64,000 nt of DNA from an uncultured Planctomycetales bacterium. GTDB taxonomy: Bacteria; Omnitrophota; Gorgyraeia; Gygaellales; Profunditerraquicolaceae. The position numbers and the translations under genes are program-made. Within the stretch, counting starts at the first letter, position 1; the number at the start of each line of letters is the position of its first letter. The notes below the pieces were generated by a model that searched no databases, was not told where the DNA came from, and was given only the letters and a program-made list of their open reading frames with translations. The DNA is taken from the NCBI GenBank assembly GCA_964542785.1, contig CAZIUK010000001.1, positions 261,115 to 325,114 on the forward strand. Direction: 5' to 3'. Positions 58,612 through 64,000 of the stretch are shown piece by piece.

Positions 58612-59223
58612 ATGATGGAGTTAATAGTAGCTACAAAAAATAATAAGAAACTTAAAGAGATAAAGGCTATCTTAAAAGGACTAAACCTTAAAGTTACTTC
58701 TCTGCTGGATTGTAAGGAGAAGATAAAGATAATTGAAAATGGCAAGACTTTTAGCGAGAATGCCATAAAAAAAGCGGTTAAAGTAGCCAAGTTTACCGGA
58801 AAATTATCTTTAGGAGAGGATTCCGGGCTTTGTGTAGATGCCTTAAATGGTGCACCGGGGGTATCTTCAGCGCGGTTTTCAGGAAAGAACAAGAGCGATA
58901 TTCGAAATAACCTTAAGCTTCTTAAGTTTTTAAAAGGGATACCGTTAAACAAAAGAAAAGCTTATTATCTTTGTGCAGTTGCGCTTGCGGATAAGAGTGG
59001 TTTGTTAGGGGTTGTAGAAGGAAAGTGTTTTGGTAGGATAACCCTTGCGGCTAGAGGCAAGAATGGGTTTGGTTATGACCCGCTTTTTTTAATACCGAAA
59101 TACAATAAGACTTTTGGTCAACTTAGCCAAAAAATAAAGCATAGTATGAGTCATCGTTATCATGCCTTAAAAAAAGTCCACAAGGTTATTGAGAATTATA
59201 TTGTTAAGAAGTTAGAGGATTGA
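58612..59223 (+). CDS. rdgB: non-canonical purine NTP pyrophosphatase (RdgB/HAM1)
   Basis: LIVATKNNKKLKEI N-terminus; Ham1 fold. Confidence 0.85.
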   Translation: MMELIVATKNNKKLKEIKAILKGLNLKVTSLLDCKEKIKIIENGKTFSENAIKKAVKVAKFTGKLSLGEDSGLCVDALNGAPGVSSARFSGKNKSDIRNNLKLLKFLKGIPLNKRKAYYLCAVALADKSGLLGVVEGKCFGRITLAARGKNGFGYDPLFLIPKYNKTFGQLSQKIKHSMSHRYHALKKVHKVIENYIVKKLED

Positions 59224-59241
59224 TATAATAATTTTTTGTTG

Positions 59242-59316
59242 CGGGGCGTGGCTCAGTTTGGCTAGAGCGCTTGCTTTGGGAGCAAGAGGCCACAGGTTCA
59301 AGTCCTGTCGCCCCGA
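59242..59316 (+). tRNA. tRNA-Pro (anticodon TGG)
   Basis: Cloverleaf with a C1-G72 acceptor, anticodon loop UUUGGGA, T-arm ACAGGTTCAAGTCCTGT. CCA not encoded. Confidence 0.8.
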
Positions 59317-59348
59317 CTAAACTTAAGTTAGAGTAAAATAAAGGAGGA

Positions 59349-59810
59349 ATGATGATAAGAGGTATTTTTGTTTTATTCTTTATTCTTTTTTCGTTTACCT
59401 GCGCCTTATCAGGCGAAGTTATTTCCAGGGAGGCTGATAATTATTATGCAGAGGGCGTAAAACAGCAAAAAGGGGATAATTTTCTCCAAGCAGATACCTT
59501 TTATCAGAAAGCTTTATTAGTTGATCCCTCTAACCTAAAATTAAAGAGGAGTATTCTTAATAATTACGGAGCAATGTTGGGCCAACAGGGCTTTTTAGAT
59601 GAGGCTGAAGAGAATCTGCTTGAGTCTCTTAGGATAGACCCTAATTATCTTCCCGCAAAGTTGAATTTAGGTTTTATATATGAACAACGTCGTAGCGAGT
59701 TAGAGTCTATAAAATATTGGTTACAAGTACTTCAAATTAATCTTGATGATATTAAGCCTAAAGGGTTTGTTTTAGGTGAACTTGAACCGGAAAGTAGTGT
59801 TGGTAAGTGA
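59349..59810 (+). CDS. small secreted TPR-repeat protein
   Basis: Signal peptide plus three TPR-like repeats. Confidence 0.55.
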   Translation: MMIRGIFVLFFILFSFTCALSGEVISREADNYYAEGVKQQKGDNFLQADTFYQKALLVDPSNLKLKRSILNNYGAMLGQQGFLDEAEENLLESLRIDPNYLPAKLNLGFIYEQRRSELESIKYWLQVLQINLDDIKPKGFVLGELEPESSVGK

Positions 59811-59820
59811 TTTTTAGTCT

Positions 59821-59894
59821 GCGCCTGTAGCTCAATAGGATAGAGCAACTACCTTCTAAGCAGTAGGTTGGCCGTTCGATTCGGCCCAGGCGCA
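59821..59894 (+). tRNA. tRNA-Arg (anticodon TCT)
   Basis: GCGCCTG acceptor, anticodon loop CUUCUAA, T-arm GGCCGTTCGATTCGGCC. Confidence 0.8.
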
Positions 59895-59918
59895 CTAGAT
59901 ATTAAATTTTTTTAAGAT

Positions 59919-61130
59919 ATGCGTAGAAAAATTGAAAAGGCTTTAGGTTTTTTTATACTCTCTTCGGCTATTATTTATGCTTTAGTTTATCTCTTTTTAG
60001 TCGTTGTAGGCCAGGCAATATTAACTAATCAGATTCAGAGGATAACCCATAAAAAAACAACTATAAGGTATTTTTCTATTACTCCTACTTTAAGGATAGA
60101 TATAAAAGGTCTTGATGTGCAGGGGTTGGTAAAGTCTTCTAAAGTATCCGCTTCTATTAGCGTTGTAAACCTCTTAAGAGGAAGGGTAGTTTTTCGTAAT
60201 TTAACCTTTATACAGCCAGAGTTTTTTATTAATAAGACTCCTCCCGAGGTAGCTAAGCCTTCTATTTATTCTGTGACTATAAATCCGTCAGTAAATTCTC
60301 CTCTTGGTTTTAAAGAGGCAAGGCCAGTATTTTTTGGTATTCTTCGTCTTGATATTAGGGATGGCAAGATAATTTTTATTGACCAGACAATAAAGTCAGG
60401 TAGTATTAAGATATCGGCAGAGGAGATCTTTGCGTATATAAAGAATTTTTATCTTTACCCTGTTTTTGCGATAACCGAATTTAAACTTTCTGCTGCTATT
60501 CCTTGGGAAGAAGGTGAAGAGAGGGGCAAGTTAGAGCTAGACGGTTGGATTAATACTGCTAAAGGGGATATGAGTGCTACTTGCAGAATAAATGATATAG
60601 ATGCTATATACCTTTATCCATACTATTCTATTTGGGTAGATTTAAAGAAAGCGCGTATTGAAAAGGCTAAGTTAAATTTTTCAAGCGAAATTCACGGGTT
60701 AAATAACGATGTTACCGCTGATTGTTTTTTAGAGCTTACTGATATGGTACGCAAACCCCTTGAGATAGGGGAGTCTGAGGCTAAGGCTTCAAAGATTACG
60801 AATGCTGTTTTAGATAGATTTAAAGAGCTTGATAATGGAGAGGTTAAGCTTAATTTTAAGATAAAGACTAAGATGGATAGCCCGCAATTTGGTTTTGAAA
60901 ATTTTAAATCTGCCTTTGAAGAGAAACTTATGCGTGGTAGGAGTTCTTTTAAGTCTAGTTTACAGGATTCTTTATCTATCCCGGTAAGAGCAGTTGAAAA
61001 TGGGTTTAGGAGTTTTACGGACCTTTCCCGTGCAATGATTGATGGAGTATTTGCTATCGGTAATCAGCTTAAAGAGTCCGCAGGTAAGGTTATGGATGGC
61101 GATAAGGATAAGCAGGGTAGTGGTAATTAA
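59919..61130 (+). CDS. N-terminally membrane-anchored hypothetical protein (possibly AsmA/DUF748-like)
   Basis: Single N-terminal TM helix, long beta-rich periplasmic region. Family assignment is only a guess. Confidence 0.3.
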   Translation: MRRKIEKALGFFILSSAIIYALVYLFLVVVGQAILTNQIQRITHKKTTIRYFSITPTLRIDIKGLDVQGLVKSSKVSASISVVNLLRGRVVFRNLTFIQPEFFINKTPPEVAKPSIYSVTINPSVNSPLGFKEARPVFFGILRLDIRDGKIIFIDQTIKSGSIKISAEEIFAYIKNFYLYPVFAITEFKLSAAIPWEEGEERGKLELDGWINTAKGDMSATCRINDIDAIYLYPYYSIWVDLKKARIEKAKLNFSSEIHGLNNDVTADCFLELTDMVRKPLEIGESEAKASKITNAVLDRFKELDNGEVKLNFKIKTKMDSPQFGFENFKSAFEEKLMRGRSSFKSSLQDSLSIPVRAVENGFRSFTDLSRAMIDGVFAIGNQLKESAGKVMDGDKDKQGSGN

Positions 61131-61150
61131 CTTTTGACACATATTTTTAT

Positions 61151-61229
61151 GGTGGCTGTAGCTCAATCGGTTAGAGCGTCTGACTGTGGCTCAGAAGGTT
61201 TGCGGGTTCGATCCCCGTCAGCCACCCCA
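61151..61229 (+). tRNA. tRNA-His (anticodon GTG) with the extra 5' G(-1)
   Basis: 8-bp acceptor GGTGGCTG/CAGCCACC, anticodon loop CUGUGGC, T-arm GCGGGTTCGATCCCCGT, encoded CCA. Confidence 0.85.
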
Positions 61230-62894
61230 CTCTTGACGATAAGTCGAAACAGAGTCCTTAAGGGCCACGGTTTCGGCGTTAACCCCGTCCTGATCATCAT
61301 TCAGGTCGGGGTTTTCGTCTTTAAGGGGCATTTCCGGCAGATTCTGGGGCAAACATTCCGGCTGGACGAAAAGGTTCATTTCGATCGTATCATCGTAGAC
61401 AATGATGCTGTGGATCAGCATCTGCAGAAGGTTTTTCTGGATCTCCGCAGGCGCGTCAGCCATGTGTTGCATAATGAGCCGGATATTGCTGTGGGTGAAT
61501 TCACCGGACTGGGCGTTCATCTGAGCGACGTTTCTTTTAGCGCGCAACTTATCCATTTCATCTTCCAGCTCAATAATTTCTCTTTCCAGTTCGGTCATTT
61601 TGGCTTTATAAGTGGTGCCTTTGGCCACAGAGTTTTTAAGCGCCAGATCAAGGAGCTTTTGGGTCTCGCGCTTCAGCAGGGAGAGGCGTTTGTCTTTTTC
61701 TTTCATCTGGGCATCAATCTTATCAAAGGTCATTTGAGCTTCTTGGATCGCGTTGCCGATGGCTCTATAAATAACTTCCGCGTTTTCAGAAGCTTGTTTG
61801 AAATATTTAATGACCGCTTGGTCAAGACCGTTTGCGGGAATCCGGTTGTAATCACATCCCAATCCTTGTCTGGATCGACCGCATTCGTAATAGAAAAACT
61901 TCTTTTTATCCCGCCCGCTTGAATGCACTGAAACCAGATGGCTTCCGCATTTCCCGCATTTAATTAATCCCGATAGTAAAAACTTATGATCATGTTTCAG
62001 TGCCCGCAGGCGTTTGCCCGGCTTGCGGGCATTCATAACGTCGTTTGCTTTATCCCACATTTTTTCCTCCACAAGCGGTTCATGTTTTCCGGGGTGCAGT
62101 TCTCCGTTGTATCGAATGTACCCTTTATAAAAAGGATTCTTCAGGATCAACGAGACGCCTTGTTTGCGCCATGTCAGTTTGTTCCGGGTATACACACCGC
62201 GCTTCATCAGCGTTTCAGCGATCTCGACCAGTGATCGATTCTCAGCGGCCATCTCCCAGACGATCTTAAGATGAGGAGCAACCTTTTCATCAAGAACGAT
62301 CTTCTTTGGCTGTTTGCCGTTGGGAAGTTGCGGGCCGTCTTTGACGAGTTTGTATCCGATCGGTGTTGTGCCTCCGACACGGTATCCTTGCCGGACCCGG
62401 GCGATTGCGGAGGCTTTTACGCGTTCGCCGGTTAGTTCTCTTTCAAACGCTGAAAGCAATCCTAGAATTCCAATCACAACCCTTCCAATAGCGGTTGAGC
62501 TGTCCAGATTTTCTCTTACCGAAATAAAATCAATGTCTTTTTCTTTGAAGAGGTCAATCATCGCGTAAAGGTCGCGGGGATTGCGCGTGAGGCGGTCAAG
62601 GCGGAAGAAGATGATTCCGTCAAAGGGGCGTTGCGTTTCGATGCTTTGCAGAATTTGCTGGATTCCCGGACGGCTCAGATCTTTTCCGGAATAACCGTCA
62701 TCGTTAACGATTCCTTTTTTTCCAAAGTCAGCCAGTTCATATCCAAACGCGTCCAGCATGTTCTTGCAGTGATGGGCTTGGGCGTCAAGTGTCGTGTAGT
62801 CGCCCATCGCTTGCTCATCTGTCGAGCATCTCGTGTAGATGATGTACTTTTTCTTTTCTTCAGTTTTGTTATTTAAAATTGGTTTTCTTTTCAT
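61218..62894 (-). CDS. large serine recombinase (resolvase N-terminal domain + recombinase domain + zinc ribbon + coiled coil)
   Basis: Catalytic IIYTRCSTDEQ serine motif; ~558 aa. CxxC...CxxC zinc ribbon (CGKCGS...CGRSRQGLGC); C-terminal coiled coil. The stop and last three codons overlap tRNA-His. Confidence 0.85.
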   Translation of the reverse strand: MKRKPILNNKTEEKKKYIIYTRCSTDEQAMGDYTTLDAQAHHCKNMLDAFGYELADFGKKGIVNDDGYSGKDLSRPGIQQILQSIETQRPFDGIIFFRLDRLTRNPRDLYAMIDLFKEKDIDFISVRENLDSSTAIGRVVIGILGLLSAFERELTGERVKASAIARVRQGYRVGGTTPIGYKLVKDGPQLPNGKQPKKIVLDEKVAPHLKIVWEMAAENRSLVEIAETLMKRGVYTRNKLTWRKQGVSLILKNPFYKGYIRYNGELHPGKHEPLVEEKMWDKANDVMNARKPGKRLRALKHDHKFLLSGLIKCGKCGSHLVSVHSSGRDKKKFFYYECGRSRQGLGCDYNRIPANGLDQAVIKYFKQASENAEVIYRAIGNAIQEAQMTFDKIDAQMKEKDKRLSLLKRETQKLLDLALKNSVAKGTTYKAKMTELEREIIELEDEMDKLRAKRNVAQMNAQSGEFTHSNIRLIMQHMADAPAEIQKNLLQMLIHSIIVYDDTIEMNLFVQPECLPQNLPEMPLKDENPDLNDDQDGVNAETVALKDSVSTYRQEWGG

Positions 62895-63114
62895 CTTTCA
62901 CCAGCCAACCCTATGCCAATCCCAGAGGTAAGTCAAGTCATATCAATAGGTTGTGATTTTAGATAAAATCATGACTTAATTGGTTTTCAAAAGGCGCTCC
63001 CTTAAGCCTTTTACGACGTATTCAGTTTAGTTCCCGATTTTTTTTAGTTTTTTTGGGTTTTTTCCGGGAACTTGGCGAATCGCGTCGTATAGGGCTTTTG
63101 AAGGGAGAAAACTC

Positions 63115-63339
63115 ATGGGGAGGAAAATCGAGCAAAATTTTGAACGGCGATTCGCGGATAGAATCGATGTTGTCTTTAAGGCCAGATCTTTAGAGGGACA
63201 AGAGCGCAAGATTTACAACACAAGAATGAATGAGGCTTTCAAGGCCCTTATGACTGCCGTTCTCGGGCGGGAACCGACACCAGCTGAATTGCTGGGAATT
63301 GTTCCGGTCGTTTTGCCAAAGAGAAAGGGCGGATTATGA
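63115..63339 (+). CDS. element-encoded small hypothetical protein (74 aa)
   Basis: AGGGAG Shine-Dalgarno then ATG; GC-rich codon usage matches the element. Confidence 0.4.
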   Translation: MGRKIEQNFERRFADRIDVVFKARSLEGQERKIYNTRMNEAFKALMTAVLGREPTPAELLGIVPVVLPKRKGGL

Positions 63340-63351
63340 GGGCTGTTTTAT

Positions 63352-63948
63352 TTGAGAGGCACCTTAACTGAGGAGGTGTCTCTTTTGGGGAGCTATCAAG
63401 GAATATTTGAAGAGTGGGAACTTCGGCATGCAAGGGCATTTGTCAGAACGTACCAGTTGAGATTTAAGGCGCTTCAAAAAGAAGGGTTTGAAGATCTTCT
63501 GCAGGAATGTTTGGCACATTGGTTTTTTGTGCGCGATTACTATGATCCGGAAAAATCAGTGCTTTGCAAAACATTCATGAGCAGGGTCATGGAAAACAAG
63601 CTGATGGATATTGCACAAGCAACAAGCCGTGAAAAACGAAAGATTCTTTATCAAAGCGTATCACTTGATGACGTTATGCAGGATGGCGACGGAGATGGTC
63701 TGGATTTCTTAATTGTCGAGGATGAAGAGTTGAAGCGATTCTTTAAGTCTGATTTCGAAGTTGTCATGGCGCGAGCTTTAAAGAAGCTTTCCCGCCGGCA
63801 AAGGGAGTTGTGCCGGTTGGTCAGGGATGAGGGTGCCAGTCTTAATCAGGCGCATAAAGAATTAAACATATCAAAAGGCGCGGTCTACGACGAGGTGCTT
63901 CGTATACGTGCCGTTTTTAAAGAAGAGGGATTGGAACAGTATTTGTGA
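63352..63948 (+). CDS. element-encoded sigma-70-family (ECF-like) sigma factor
   Basis: Region 2 DLLQECLAHWFFVRDYYDPEKSVLCKTFMSRVMENKLMDIAQATSREKRK and region 4 LSRRQRELCRLVRDEGASLNQAHKELNISKGAVYDEVLRIR. The true start may be the TTG at 63385, preceded by a GAGGAGG Shine-Dalgarno. Confidence 0.6.
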   Translation: MRGTLTEEVSLLGSYQGIFEEWELRHARAFVRTYQLRFKALQKEGFEDLLQECLAHWFFVRDYYDPEKSVLCKTFMSRVMENKLMDIAQATSREKRKILYQSVSLDDVMQDGDGDGLDFLIVEDEELKRFFKSDFEVVMARALKKLSRRQRELCRLVRDEGASLNQAHKELNISKGAVYDEVLRIRAVFKEEGLEQYL

Positions 63949-64000
63949 AAATTTAAGGAGAAGGAGCCATGAAAGAAGTCTTTGTTTTTCGTTTTCAGAA

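Larger units (their letters stand above)
61218..64000. mobile_element. integrative element (prophage or genomic island) inserted at the 3' end of tRNA-His; right end lies beyond the window
   Basis: tRNA-adjacent serine recombinase. Obvious shift to GC-rich composition starting inside the tRNA 3' end. All downstream ORFs are GC-rich. Confidence 0.7.

Noticed and set aside
61134-61922. 262-aa + strand ORF, and further + strand ORFs at 61986-62876, inside the recombinase region
   Set aside because: Antisense to a well-supported 558-aa serine recombinase; GC-rich DNA generates long spurious antisense frames; no motifs.
1-64000. CRISPR arrays, rRNA genes, IS elements with terminal inverted repeats
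   Set aside because: Scanned by eye for regularly spaced direct repeats and for transposase-like ORFs; none found apart from the 8-mer tandem repeat and the serine-recombinase element.

Overview
This window is from an AT-rich, apparently diderm bacterium: LptF/LptG, MlaE/F/D and LolC/D envelope machinery are all present. About 70 mostly housekeeping genes sit on the + strand in a few long co-directional runs. They include a membrane H+-pyrophosphatase, two tandem acetate-kinase genes (the second degenerate), isoprenoid MEP genes (ispH, ispD, ispF, a polyprenyl synthase), an mcsA-mcsB-clpC arginine-kinase stress operon, radA, aminoacyl-tRNA ligases (lysS, cysS, metG), tsaE/tsaB, alr, pyrE, a queDCEF block, split fumarate hydratase, rph and rdgB. 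RNA genes are tRNA-Leu(CAG, - strand), the smpB/ssrA (tmRNA) pair, tRNA-Pro(TGG), tRNA-Arg(TCT) and tRNA-His(GTG).

The most unusual regions are:
- an ECF sigma / anti-sigma / CHAT-protease-TPR membrane protein module (8.0-11.6 kb);
- a structured non-coding stretch with an 8-mer tandem repeat and tandem terminators, followed by a cluster of small exported or unknown proteins (11.6-14.8 kb);
- a Maf-M48 peptidase in-frame fusion carrying an internal lipoprotein signal (48.9-50.3 kb);
- a GC-rich integrative element at the 3' end of tRNA-His (61.2 kb to the window end). It encodes a large serine recombinase whose last codons are tRNA sequence, plus an element-borne sigma-70-family factor.

No CRISPR array and no rRNA were seen. 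All coordinates come from the ORF track and manual reading; no searches were run.
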